A DNA stretch of 62,857 nt, the filler included, from Circinaria calcarea (lineage: Eukaryota), in assembly GCA_051942165.1 (NCBI GenBank). It is 47 parts of 47 records of this genome, joined end to end, with 100 filler letters (N's around TTAATTAATTAA, not from the genome) between each part and the next. Parts side by side here need not be neighbours in the genome. Positions count along the whole stretch, not along the records: positions 24,273 to 25,514 come from JAVECS010005049.1; positions 25,615 to 26,856 come from JAVECS010005050.1; positions 26,957 to 28,197 come from JAVECS010005051.1; positions 28,298 to 29,538 come from JAVECS010005052.1; positions 29,639 to 30,879 come from JAVECS010005053.1; positions 30,980 to 32,219 come from JAVECS010005054.1; positions 32,320 to 33,559 come from JAVECS010005055.1; positions 33,660 to 34,898 come from JAVECS010005056.1; 39 more parts are not named here. The stretch is one strand, 5' to 3'. Each line of letters starts with the position of its first letter. The stretch's first letter is position 1. A program made the position numbers and the translations under genes. Below the pieces are notes generated by a model that ran no database searches, was not told the DNA's origin, and saw only the letters and a program-made list of their open reading frames with translations. This document shows, piece after piece, positions 24,439 to 36,335 of this stretch.

Positions 24439-25514
24439 CTAGTGCAAATATCCGTCCGTACACTTTAATATAAGCAATAAAATTACCCCCCAAATCCACG
24501 ATAAATAAATGCCACGCGGGGAGTCTAGCTTTGGCTGTGAGTTAAGGAACGGTTGTATTGTTACTGATGACGCTGTCGGTGGAATAAATGAACTTATATT
24601 AACAGTACTTGTCCCGACCAAAACCATCCCACCTTCGTCGAGTGTAGGTCCGCCGGCACTTATTGATGTGCTGTCGATCGATAAGGCGGAAGGGTATGTG
24701 ACAGAGGTTTTACCTGCGATATTGAAAATGGAAGGTACAGGAAGGTTAAGATTGACTGTGATACTACCTATTACTGCGACACCGGACGGACCGAAAGAGA
24801 TATTGGTTTCTTCAATTGTAATGGCTGGAGCGCCTGCTGTGAGGGTTGATCCGGCGACGATTAAGGCTGTAGGATTCTTAGTGAAGGTTTGACCACCCAT
24901 TCTAAAGACTTTTGTGGAGGCACCAGCGGCAGGCATTATAAGAACCTCTCCGGATGGAGCGACAGAAAATAAATTACCGGATATTGTAGCGGCGTTTCCA
25001 CCTACGGTGAGAGTTGAGCCACCGATAGCAATGGCAGATCCATCGATGACTGTGAATGGCTGGGCGGTGGGTCCCGGTATCCTAGGATCCTGGTCTCCAT
25101 CACTCGATATCGAGAACGCCACTATATTGGTCCCAAAACTTTCCGAAGGACCGAGTATAACCGGTGTGCCAGGAAGAGGTAGTGCCGAACCGCCAGAAGT
25201 AATTATATTGCCTGCTATAGACATTTTGGAAGGAAATAGAGTCGGCGTTGATCCACTAATAATTAAAGCTGTAGCAGAATCTGTAGGAGGATCTATTGCT
25301 ATCGTAGGAGCTAGTCCAAAGGCGCTATAGATTATTCCTCCGATGTTTGGATCTGAAATGGCTGTGGCGAGTTGTTTAGGATCGACAGCTGGATCTGCTC
25401 CCTGAATACCAACAGCCGGAATGCTTGAACCAGATTGCGGCTGTCCCAGAGGAAGTGGAGACTGTACCGGAGCTGCTGAAGTCGGCTGTAGGCTTGTTAA
25501 AGTTTGCTCCGGAT
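24439..25514 (-). CDS. Ser/Thr/Gly/Pro-rich repetitive cell-surface protein with a hydrophobic C-terminus (possible GPI signal), 5'-truncated
   Basis: Frame open from the contig edge; repeats like GSTLTAGAPAITI..ISFGPSG; PNIGGIIYSAFG; terminal IYLSWIWGVILLLIL. Confidence 0.75.
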
Positions 25515-26713
25515 NNNNNNNNNNNNNNNNNNNNNNNNNNNNNNNNNNNNNNNNNNNNTTAATTAATTAANNNNNNNNNNNNNNNNNNNNNNNNNNNNNN
25601 NNNNNNNNNNNNNNTTTTGAGGAAGGTGGAAAGGGGGGAATCCTAACTTATACATGTATACCCCTGATTTACCGCCGGCTACCCCGTCTCCTTTCCATTT
25701 TCACTCTTACCGTTGGAGGAGTGTGCGAGGATATATCACGTCAACGTGCCTAGGGATATTTAATGTACGTGAAGAAGCTATCTTGATTCAATCCGAGGAA
25801 TGCAAGATTCTACCATCATGGCGTAGTTTCGCCAGCTAAATAACGCTGTGCTTATTATGACAATAAATTACACAGGTAGCTTATGATTAAGAGATAGCAC
25901 CCTTGAAGGAGGGAGAATAGGGGGGGGGATATAATATCGCTACCTCGGCGCAAGTCACTTCTTATATCGAATTTATGCAACCCAGATCTCCAAGTTAGTA
26001 CACAGTCCCCTTATCAAGCAATACTTGAGATTATGTCGTCTCGGATAGATGCATATAGCACGCGGCTGCATGTCTTCAACCTATCGCAATGGCATGATAT
26101 GTAGTATAAAGGCCCCCTGCCTTGATATTGATAGTACTTGTAGCTGTAGAAATTAGTCACGTGTACTGTGGTCGCAGGCATAATAGATGTTAGCGCGGTC
26201 CCCTTGCGATAATCATTTAAAGGCCCAAATGACATTTTAATTTCATGCACAAAGCTGAAATATACACCGGAGGATACCCTCCACATTACATCTCCTTTTT
26301 CTAGGAATTTACGCAGCCTTTGCTGAGTGTACCGGGATTGGTCGAAACTCGCGCTGACATCTATTCTGCCTGCGACCGCAGTACTCACATGAGGGCTCAT
26401 GTAATATGCACTAGTCTATTTAGTATATAGGGATCTCGTGTAGTAGTAAGCAACTTCAGCTTGGAAGACTACATAGCTTGCGTACTTCACGCGCACCAAT
26501 GTACCACCACCGAAGCCCCCACAAAGCCAACTCCAAGCATGTGCTCGCTAAACTCCAACGCTTTTGAATCCAAATGCAGATAGAGAAAGCGAGCGGACAG
26601 TTTTTCAATGTACCAAAAGCTAAGCAAATCTTAATTCTCCACGATCCTTTGACCCAGCAATTCCCTTATACACCCTCCCTCCACCCAGTACATAGTCCAT
26701 ACCCTCTACCATC

Positions 26714-26854
26714 TCAGTTGCGGCGTCCACCCCGACCTGCTGCAGGTGGAGCTGGCAGAGGCCGTGCCGGAGGCGGGGTGGAGCATGTGCCCACACTAGG
26801 ACACACGGCATAGCACCAGCTCGGGCAGGAACTGGTGCCGGGGGTACAGGTTAT
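26714..26854 (-). CDS. C-terminus of a small Cys-rich protein
   Basis: ITCTPGTSSCPSWCYAVCPSVGTCSTPPPARPLPAPPAAGRGGRRN*; 5 Cys in 24 aa, open from the contig edge. Confidence 0.45.
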   Translation of the reverse strand: MTCTPGTSSCPSWCYAVCPSVGTCSTPPPARPLPAPPAAGRGGRRN

Positions 26855-27677
26855 GTNNNNNNNNNNNNNNNNNNNNNNNNNNNNNNNNNNNNNNNNNNNN
26901 TTAATTAATTAANNNNNNNNNNNNNNNNNNNNNNNNNNNNNNNNNNNNNNNNNNNNCCCCCTCGCTCCCTTCTTCCCTTTGAGAAAAATAAAGCCCAGCC
27001 CCACCGGCTCACCGGCCCTCCTACATTTCCCGAATAAGAGCCTGCCGTAGAGCAAAAACCATCGCAAGAACCAGACGCAGAGCAAGAGCAAAAGCAATGA
27101 GCAAAGAGCAACAACAGCCCCGAAACTGGCCCAAATCGTGGAGAGGAAAATAATCACCCAGAACGCAGGCGGGCAGGTTCCCCTCTTTCTTTCTTCTTCT
27201 GGTTGTTGTTGTTGTTGTTGTAGTTGTTTGGGGCAAGGGGGCGAAGGGCGTCAGATTTTCATTCTTCTCCTTTTTTTTCTTTTTTTTCTTTTTTTTCTTT
27301 TTTCCCCCTTTTTTCTCTCTAAACACGACTTAGGATAACGATAACGATACCGTAAACGTGAACGTAAACGTGAAGGTAAAGGTGAAGATTGAAGATTTTA
27401 ATTCAAACCACCCCCCTTGGGTCCCCTTTTTGGGTTCTTGGGTTCTTGGGGTTGTTAGGGCAGGGTGAGGAAGAGGGATGACCCAAACAAAAAGGTTCCG
27501 GAGGAGAGGAGGAGACGGAGGGGGGAAGGGGGGAGTCCCATCCTTGTGAGGAAGAAAGAAAAAAATAAAATAAAAATAAATATATCAAGGGGACCCCGGC
27601 AGACAGTACGACTTGCTGTTTTTTTTAAAAGGAGACAAAAAGAGCCCAAAAAAAAGGGGGGCCCCTACATACCCTTT

Positions 27678-28032
27678 TGTAAGGGCGCTGCAATCCTTGG
27701 GGCCTATTGAGGAATATGACAAGTCCCGATTGGTGATAACACGGTTACATAGAGTGTAGTTGAACTGTTGCCCTAGGCTCAATATAAAAGGAGTATATTG
27801 AATTTATTATGGTTCTATAAGCATACTATTCTAAAGAGCGGGAATAGCCTGCTATATATAATACCTTGCTCACCCGTGCTCACCCTGCTCATCTCATGAG
27901 CACACTGAACGACTTCCCCTGCTCACCTTGCTCATCTACATGAGCACACTGAGCACGCGGGTGCATGGTTCCTCCCTTCCGGGGTTAGTACTTTCTTGGC
28001 CTAGTACATGTCATGGCGCTGGCGCCATAACA
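27678..28032 (-). mobile_element. Gypsy-type LTR (~355 bp), apparently solo
   Basis: TGTAAGG...CATAACA termini; TCTATAAGCATACTATTCTAA..AGCCTGCTATATA block shared with ~50277-50322; internal TGCTCACC repeats; no clean target-site duplication. Confidence 0.75.
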
Positions 28033-28297
28033 CACCCCTTACAAGTAAATTGAATATGAAAATTTCGGCAGGGGGAAGAGATTTCCATGGTAATTAATAC
28101 TTGTATCAAGGCGGTAAATAATTCAATGGTTGTAACGCAAACAGTTTCGATATCTTTGTTGTCACGTGTATTAGTTTTCGTAAAAGTGGCGAAAAGCNNN
28201 NNNNNNNNNNNNNNNNNNNNNNNNNNNNNNNNNNNNNNNNNTTAATTAATTAANNNNNNNNNNNNNNNNNNNNNNNNNNNNNNNNNNNNNNNNNNNN

Positions 28298-29516
28298 GAA
28301 GGGCATCTTGCTTGTAGCTTTATTCTAGTCGACGGGTTTTCTGTCCGGAGACTATATTAGTCTTCTTATCGACAAATGGAACAATACCCATTGCACTTAC
28401 AGTGGTTGCAGCAGCAGCCGCCGCCGCAGCAAAGTCCATCTTGCCACTTGCAGTTCTGCTCGTCCCCAGATTACCCAACCTTGGCAACGAAGAGGATGGA
28501 CCGAGTCCGTTGCCAGTCGGCACTCGCTTGACGCCTACACTACTTTGAAGCCCATTAATGGTTGAGTGCCTCTTTGGCGCTGCTTTGACTGGAGAGCAGT
28601 TATTCTGCCCATCTCGACCTCTCACCACCACACCGTTCTTGATGCTAGTTGCCGGTGGATCGGGAAGAGGACGAATGGTACTCGCAGGGGTATGTACGGA
28701 GTTGTAGCGTTTGATAGGCGAAGGATTGATGTTCGTGGAGGACGATGTTAGGCCACGGAAATTATGAACCTTGGGAGGTTTGATACCGGTTATGAACTCA
28801 TGATGAATAGCCTCTTCTGGTTTGAGTCGTCGATCAGGATCCCATCGGAGACAGCGAGTGATGAAGTCAAGGAACGCATCATCGTCACACTTTAGCACCT
28901 GCTGAAGAGTTTTCGAACTCGGCCGTCGTCTTTTACCCTTGGATGAAACCGTCAGGCGTGGTTTGCCGAGAGAATCAAAGAAGAGCTTCTTGCGGGTACT
29001 TTTCTCTATCAGATGCTTATCGGGAGAACCGAAGACTTCCATGATACATGCAAGTTGTTCCTGTTCATTTTCACCTGGAAAGATGGGAAAACCAGTCAAA
29101 AGCTCAGCTAGGATGCAGCCCAGGCTCCACATATCAATAGGCATGCCATATGTCATTCCGAGAATGACCTCGGGCGACCTGTAGAAGCGCGATTGGATAT
29201 AGGTGTAGACCTTTTCGTTTTCCATACAGCTTGAACCGAAATCGATGACTTTGATTTCAGAGTGAGCTGGATGAGCAAGCAATATGTTTTCCGGCTTCAA
29301 GTCACAATGGATGACTTTGCGACTTTTGAGCAGGACAAGACTGTTCAGGAGTTGTTTCGTGAATCGTCGAATCAGCTTGAGCGAAAACCCACGGAATTCG
29401 TGGACTTTGATGAATTCGTAAAGGTTCATGCCCAGTAGCTCTGTGGAGATGCAAAGGTGGCCTCTAAAGTAGAAGCTTTGAGTGAAATTCACCATACTAT
29501 ACTTATTTTCTGGATC
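28298..29516 (-). CDS. DYRK-family protein kinase (Pom1/Ppk5-like), kinase C-lobe and tail; exon 29516-28401, short exon from 28324
   Basis: IHCDLKPENILL, IKVIDFGSSC, VYTYIQSRFYRSPEVILG (YxY activation loop), GENEQEQLACIMEVFG. Confidence 0.93.
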
Positions 29517-29638
29517 CTAGAGAGTCATTCGTATCAGTNNNNNNNNNNNNNNNNNNNNNNNNNNNNNNNNNNNNNNNNNNNNTTAATTAATTAANNNNNN
29601 NNNNNNNNNNNNNNNNNNNNNNNNNNNNNNNNNNNNNN

Positions 29639-29779
29639 TCTGTTGCCCGTCAGTTTACTCCACCTGCGGTAATACTGGGTCATGTCAATTTCCCCAATCG
29701 GACTGAAAATTCCAGTCCGATTGGGGAAATTGACATGACCCAGTATTACCGCAGGTGGAGTAAACTGACGGGCAACAGA
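29639..29779. repeat. Perfect inverted repeat, 67-bp arms with a 7-nt loop, at the contig start
   Basis: 29639-29705 is the exact reverse complement of 29713-29779; loop AAAATTC. Confidence 0.97.
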
Positions 29780-30039
29780 TGTTCGATTAGTGAGAATAGA
29801 CGGTATTGCGAGTATTCCTCATTTTGTAATTCGTACTTCAAAACAACTTCTTATTCGTTAAATACCACCTCAACAAAAAACTCTTAGCGCTTCAACGAAG
29901 CAACAGTCTTTCCATAATATGAATTTCCTAATTCGGAGAAGATAATCGCTGGTGATCTGTTCCTGCGGAGAAGATTCAGGATGGTTGACAAAGTCACGTC
30001 TATCAAAGAGCCACGGATAACCACCTTCAGAACGATCGA

Positions 30040-30879
30040 TTATCTGTGATAATCTAACGGAGACTGGAACGCCCCGCACGTTCGTTCAAGAATCTGAGCA
30101 ACATGGAAAACCATTTCATCGTTTCCATACTGTGCCACTACTTGCATACCAACAACGCCATCTCTGCTACCCATGATTTCTGAGCTCTTTGTATTTCCAT
30201 TTTGAACGGGTACGCTTATAGCAGGTAAGCCTGCCAGACTGGCTGGAACGGTAAGCACATCGTCACTGTATGTATCCACGGAGGATCGATTGATAATGTC
30301 AGCTAGCTTTGGAGGCTTCGATGGTGCTGTTGGAAAAATCAGGACGTCTACTCCATCGAACTTTGGAGTGTTCAGGTTTTCTGATAAAAGTGGATTACGC
30401 AATACAAAAACATCGTTGAAGTCTTGTTGAACTAGTCGGCGTATCCGTTGCGCCTGAAGAAAGTAGTTGTCGATAGCTGATGCACTTAAGCTGTAGGCAC
30501 CAAGTAATATTCGCCGTTGGACTTCCTCGCCAAGGCATTCACCTCTTGTAGTTGCGTAAAGCACATTACCGGAGTTGAAGCTGTGGGTGATATGTTGGCC
30601 ATATCGCACACCGTCAAATTTTGCAAGATTAGAGGACGCCTCAGCTGGTGCTATTATATAATATGCCGACAACGCTATTTGGGTAGTCGGTAAGGAGACT
30701 TGATGGATTGAGTGACCTTGCTTCTGTAAAGCTTCCAAAGTATAAAGCCATGCTCTACGAATGTCGAGGTCGAGTTCCATGGTGTTGTACTCGATTGGTA
30801 CGCCAATCCGTAGCACTGTTTTCACGTCCTCGGAATTGCGTTGCTCTTCAATACGAGCGCGCGTACTCAAAGGCAAGCT
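30040..30879 (-). CDS. HER2: Mitochondrial glutamyl-tRNA(Gln) amidotransferase subunit A (GatA/Her2), C-terminal fragment
   Basis: YYIIAPAEASSNLAKFDGVRYG, GEEVQRRILLGAYSLS, DVLTVPASLAGLPAISVP. Confidence 0.93.
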   Translation of the reverse strand, partial: SLPLSTRARIEEQRNSEDVKTVLRIGVPIEYNTMELDLDIRRAWLYTLEALQKQGHSIHQVSLPTTQIALSAYYIIAPAEASSNLAKFDGVRYGQHITHSFNSGNVLYATTRGECLGEEVQRRILLGAYSLSASAIDNYFLQAQRIRRLVQQDFNDVFVLRNPLLSENLNTPKFDGVDVLIFPTAPSKPPKLADIINRSSVDTYSDDVLTVPASLAGLPAISVPVQNGNTKSSEIMGSRDGVVGMQVVAQYGNDEMVFHVAQILERTCGAFQSPLDYHR

Positions 30880-31215
30880 NNNNNNNNNNNNNNNNNNNNN
30901 NNNNNNNNNNNNNNNNNNNNNNNTTAATTAATTAANNNNNNNNNNNNNNNNNNNNNNNNNNNNNNNNNNNNNNNNNNNNGAGAAGCCCAGGATTCCTGTG
31001 CTTCACGGCTGCAAACTCAGAAATGATTGGGCAACAGGTGCAGATGCACCAATCAATTGCTATTCAAGGACCAGCTACTGTACATCCTGTTCGCTGATCC
31101 AAACGCTCAAAGCCGGGGTATGACCACTGCTAAACCGCCAATGATGATGCAAGCCAAACGATCCACAACCGTCGAAGCACCGTAGACGCGACGGATGCTG
31201 TCCAGAGAATAGAGT

Positions 31216-32122
31216 TTACAAGCTGAGCGACATGATAGCGTTCACAATATCGTTTCCGGCACTAGACAACGTAATTTCATTAGACATGTTAATCTGATCA
31301 TGGAATGGTTCCATGCTTACTCTTTGAGTGCCTTGATAGCTTTCTTCTTGGAAACACCGGCCTGTGCCATCACCAGCTCAATATCCTTGGCTTCGATCCC
31401 GGAGTCATCGATCTCCTCCCCATCATCTTCGTCGTCATCATCGTCCTTCTTAACGTCACCGGAAGCGATGGCCTTGCCTTTGCCGTGGTCGTGAGAGTGG
31501 TTATGTCCGGCGTGAGAGTCGTTCCCGGAGCTGACGGTATCGGCAGCGGCAAGCTGAGACGCAGCGTTGGCTTGGGCCTGAGAATTGAGATCCTCAATCT
31601 TAGCTTCACCAAATACACTAGATGTAAACTTAGTATATCCTTGCTACGGTAGTCCCAAGAAAGGTGGAGGACATACATCCAGGTGTTGCTAGTAGGTGAC
31701 CTATAGACATCTGGGTTGTTGATAACGAACAGGATCTATGGTGAACATGTCAGTCTCAGCAGATAATACTGTCATATGACATTAGAAAGCAAGCCCATGG
31801 CGCTATTATATGTACCAGCAGGCAGTAGTGAACGCGGTGATTCAGGTGTTGACTGAAAACTTACATTCTTTGGGCGCCTCAAGGTGACACGAGTGATGCC
31901 AGGAACATGCTTCAAACCGAGCTTTGCAATTGATTTGCGCGCTTTCTTCTCGTTACGAGAGTGGATTTGGACACCTGAACCAGATGGGAGCTCTGCTTCG
32001 CCAGCGTCACCGGCTTCACCAGCTTCAACTTCTGAGCCGGAGCTGCTTGAAGCATCTTCGACTTCGGCCGCCTTGTTGGTTGGAGTATCATCAGGCAATT
32101 CTTCGATACGAGGGTTAGACAT
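31216..32122 (-). CDS. EGD2: Nascent polypeptide-associated complex alpha subunit, complete (exons 32122-31865, 31735-31677, 31617-31321, 31261-31216)
   Basis: [87 protein letters not shown]; three GT-AG introns keep the frame. Confidence 0.97.
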
Positions 32123-32319
32123 GGTCGCAATGAGGTTGTTATTTTGTTTGGCTTTGTTGACCTGCTTCTTTGCTTTCTTTTCGCAGGTTGACAAGGTTGA
32201 AGTAACTCGCTTGGAATCTNNNNNNNNNNNNNNNNNNNNNNNNNNNNNNNNNNNNNNNNNNNNTTAATTAATTAANNNNNNNNNNNNNNNNNNNNNNNNN
32301 NNNNNNNNNNNNNNNNNNN

Positions 32320-33398
32320 TCCCTCATCGAAGAAGCCGGCAAGAATGGCGCCAACGTCCTGGGCTTTCCGGAAGTCTTTATTCCTGGTTACCCCTGGTAA
32401 GCAAATTGCGCGTATCTACTGCCGAGCCCATGATGGTGACGCTTGATCGATGGCTTCACAGGAGCATCTGGACCGAGTCTGTCTTCAAAAATGCCGAGTT
32501 GATCCACGAGTACATGGCGAACTCGCTCGTCAAGGTATCTCCAGAAATGGAAAAGATCAGAGCTGCGGTGAAGAAAGCAGGGATATTTGTGGTGCTCGGA
32601 TACAGCGAGAGAGCAGGCGGAACTTTGTATATCGCACAGGTGAACTAGATACACCGCCGTTGCCGTGCCCAAACCAGAGCCCCCGGTATTGACGCGTGCC
32701 GTTTCCAGTCCTTCATCGACACCACCGGCACCATCATCCACCACCGGCGCAAAATCAAGCCCACCCACGTCGAACGCTCCATCTGGGGCGACGGTCAAGC
32801 CGACTCCCTCCAAACCGTCGTCGCCTCCCCCTTTGGCAAAGTCGGGGCCCTGAGTTGCTGGGAGCATCTGCAGCCGCTGCTGCGCTACTACGAATACTCG
32901 CAAGGCGTCGAGATCCACATCGCCGGCTGGCCACCCATGTTCGAGAAGCCGAGGAATATTCCGGGGTCGTATCATATCACGGCGGAGTCGTCGAGGAGCA
33001 GCAGCCAGTTTATGGCGACGGAAGGAGCATGCTTTGTGCTGGTTTGTACCCAGGTCATGAAGGAGGCGGGTAGAGAGAAGATGAAGGTGGGGGATAGTCC
33101 GTTTGTCCAGACGGTACGTTGATCCTACCCTCTGTTGGAACTAAGCTTGTGCCTTTCTCCCTTGCCGCTGATGAGAGACTAGCCTGGAGGCGGCTTCGCC
33201 ATGATCTTCGGGCCAGACGGAATGCCCCTGGTGAAGCCCCTAGAATCTGAGGAAGAAGGGATCTTATACGCAAATATCGATCTCAGCACCATCGACTATG
33301 CGAAGCAGATGATTGATACGGTGGGACATTACTCACGGCCGGATCTCCTGAGCCTAACGGTCAATACGGCAGTGGCACGACCTGTGCATCATGAATGA
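32320..33398 (+). CDS. Nitrilase (arylacetonitrilase-like), exons 32320-32396, 32462-32639, 32709-33113, 33183-33398; 5'-truncated
   Basis: Catalytic E-K-C triad: [30 protein letters not shown]-terminal [12 protein letters not shown]. Confidence 0.95.
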
Positions 33399-33659
33399 TG
33401 CTGCGGGGAGGCTTATGTCTAAATCTTATTGAAAGAACAAGAATGAGCAGAGACATTTCGACAAGGGAATAGGATTTCCATCCTGATTTCTTCTCTGACA
33501 TTTACATGATATCTTAGTCTTTCCCCATCCCCCTCCCCCCCTTATCAACCCTCTTATGTNNNNNNNNNNNNNNNNNNNNNNNNNNNNNNNNNNNNNNNNN
33601 NNNTTAATTAATTAANNNNNNNNNNNNNNNNNNNNNNNNNNNNNNNNNNNNNNNNNNNN

Positions 33660-33795
33660 GAAGAGGAAGAGGAAGAGGAAGAGGAAGAGGAAGAGGAAGA
33701 GGAAGAGGAAGAGGAAGAGGAAGAGGAAGAGGAAGAGGAAGAGGAAGAGGAAGAGGAAGAGGAAGAGGAAGAGGAAGAGGAAGAGGAAGAGGAAG
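33660..33795 (+). repeat. (GAAGAG)n microsatellite, about 22 copies
   Basis: Directly visible perfect hexamer run at the contig start. Confidence 0.98.
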
Positions 33796-34687
33796 GAAAA
33801 ATGGGACAGGGAAGCTAGAGGGAGTGTGATTTGCATGGAGGGGTTTCTAATCTAAAGGAGGAGAAGGATGGGATGGGGATGGGGGAAGTTTGGTGGGGTG
33901 GGTGTGGGAAGGGAATGAAAACGTTCACGGCCCGGAGTGTGGGTTGAGGAATTTGCCTGGGATGAGTGTGGAGACCATAACTGAAAGGGGAAAGGGAAAG
34001 GGGAAAGGGGAAAATGATAGATATCATTTGATTGGTGCGAGTAGCTCTACATATCTATTTAGCTTGAGGCGAAAGGAAATTGAGTCGCTAGCTTAGATAC
34101 CCAAAAGCAGTCCCATTTTGTGACCAAGTCCTGGTAACACGACGTACAGGCGGGAAATTCACCGGATTCATACCCCTGCCTCATTCATTTTTTGTGATTG
34201 ATCGACATCTTCGTTCCCTTTGGGACCTTTAGGAGTTCGAGCTTGGTTAGGATAAGTGTGACTTTTTGACCGTGGGGCTTTTTCCGCGAGTTATGAATCT
34301 TGCCTTCTCCTTCGTGCCTTTTTCCTTTCATTCCTGCACCGATCTGGAACCAAAAGTATCCACGCTGAGTTCATTTGGCTTGCCTGCTGTGACGACAGTA
34401 CCGTTCGACTTCCTTCTGTACGATCGGAGACTAGCTGCTAAGAGACGGCGATGTTGATGAATGAAAATGGGTACTCTCATCATCAGAGCACTAGGCTTCT
34501 ACCCGGTAATGGCTAATGATGACTTTTCCTTGACAACGATAACTTTTTTTGCGCGGTGATAGCCCTTTTTGGGGTAAGGGTGGGGTTTCCCCTGAGGAGC
34601 GAGAGCTTTTTCCGGTGACTCTCTGTTTAATCGGTTTCTCCGGTCTCAAATGGCATAGCTTTCATCGGCACTGGTCATAATCGACTA

Positions 34688-34898
34688 TTACCTCACCCTC
34701 GTATCCAAGGCCAACCTATCTCCGACTTCCATCTCGACAACGCCTTTCATCATGTCTTTGAACGTCTTCAACTCATTCATTCCAATAGTCATGGTCTCTG
34801 GTTTGGTGCCGTCCTGCACGCGAATCGATGCTTGCAGAATATAAGTATCGCTGGGATCAACGGGCCGAAGGGAGGACAGATGAGGGAACTGAGCCGGT
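34688..34898 (-). CDS. MED18: Mediator subunit Med18 (Srb5), C-terminal fragment
   Basis: VDPSDTYILQASIRVQDGTKPETMTIGMNELKTFKDMMKGVVEMEVGDRLALDTRVR*. Confidence 0.85.
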
Positions 34899-35220
34899 NN
34901 NNNNNNNNNNNNNNNNNNNNNNNNNNNNNNNNNNNNNNNNNNTTAATTAATTAANNNNNNNNNNNNNNNNNNNNNNNNNNNNNNNNNNNNNNNNNNNNGC
35001 CTTATTATTTATTAATTATTAAAATAAAACCAATTTACGTATTTAATAAATCTAAAACCAAAATATTAAATAAATTATATAAATTTATAAAAATATTTTT
35101 AATACGAATAAATAAATATAAGCGCTAAGCACGTTAAAACTCGTTAAATTATATTAAACGAGGCGTTTCCCTCTCTCGCTGGCGCTCGTTCGGGAGGTAG
35201 GCTTCGCTACCGCGTGGTAT

Positions 35221-35620
35221 TACATAAAATCCCCAGCTTTAATTGCTCTTTCAATTTTCAACGAAATCTTAATAATGGAAGCTCAGATTGTAGTGCTGAA
35301 TAGGCGCTTTCGAATGCCATTTTGTTTGCTAAATTCGGTAGAGGAAATAGAATCATATTTCACTGCGAATATGACGGTGGAAACATAATATGCGTGCTTC
35401 CACCCTGGGAATACTACGCGAAAACTACATAGAATCCCCACCTTCAATTTTTCCATCGATTTTTAATAGAATTGCGTGCATAGAAGCTTATATTAATGCG
35501 CGGAATGAGTACTTTTAAATGCCGTTCTGTTTGCTTAATTCGGTAGTATAGAAAAAATCATATTCAACTGCGAAAACTATGGTATGCGTGGCGGAATATA
35601 TACTCGCGAAATCCACTACA
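35221..35620. repeat. Degenerate tandem duplication, ~205-bp unit, in an AT-rich contig
   Basis: TACATA.AATCCCCA and ATGCC.TT.TGTTTGCT.AATTCGGTAG..AATCATATT..ACTGCGAA each recur about 205 bp apart. Confidence 0.7.
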
Positions 35621-36335
35621 GCGCTGCCAGGCATGCTATTCCCCAGATTGAATTACTCTACGAATAACGCCTCAAAATGCGAAGTTGAAATGGTTATTTT
35701 ATCGCTGCATTCAGCTCTATTTAATGTCGTTTTAATATCGAAAATCCGTCGGTGGCGCATGGAGCTATATCGCTACGGTATAATGGGTGGTAGTAATTAA
35801 AGCTCATCACGTGACTGAGACTTTCTCTTGGCACTTAAAATTTTAACGAACGTAGTACCCTTCCGCCTTATTCCCATATATATTTTTATACTAAATGCAA
35901 CGTAACTATTGCGCCTTTCGATGGATTCATGCAAATAGGGGCTTATATTGATCGCTGAATCAAGTTCTTTAATTTGAGCCTTTATTATCTGGAAACCATT
36001 GATTTTTAGTGAGTGCATCGAAACTGCAAGTGCGAATACTGTCGGGATCGAGTTTTGAAGTTCGTCACGTTACTGGGAATTTCTCTTGGCACTTATTTTT
36101 TTGTTATATCTAATTTAATTTATTAAAATATTATTACGTTGAGCTGGAATATTATAGCCATAATATTAATAAAATTAATTTATTAATTTATTAATTAAAA
36201 TTTTAATAATTTTAACGTGGAGTTAATAATTAATANNNNNNNNNNNNNNNNNNNNNNNNNNNNNNNNNNNNNNNNNNNNTTAATTAATTAANNNNNNNNN
36301 NNNNNNNNNNNNNNNNNNNNNNNNNNNNNNNNNNN

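Noticed and set aside
25900..25945. Purine tract as a retrotransposon PPT
   Set aside because: Not followed by a TG-starting LTR and no matching terminus was found.
33612..33836. Poly-FL ORF or poly-Glu protein
   Set aside because: Translation of a (GAAGAG)n microsatellite; no other coding evidence.
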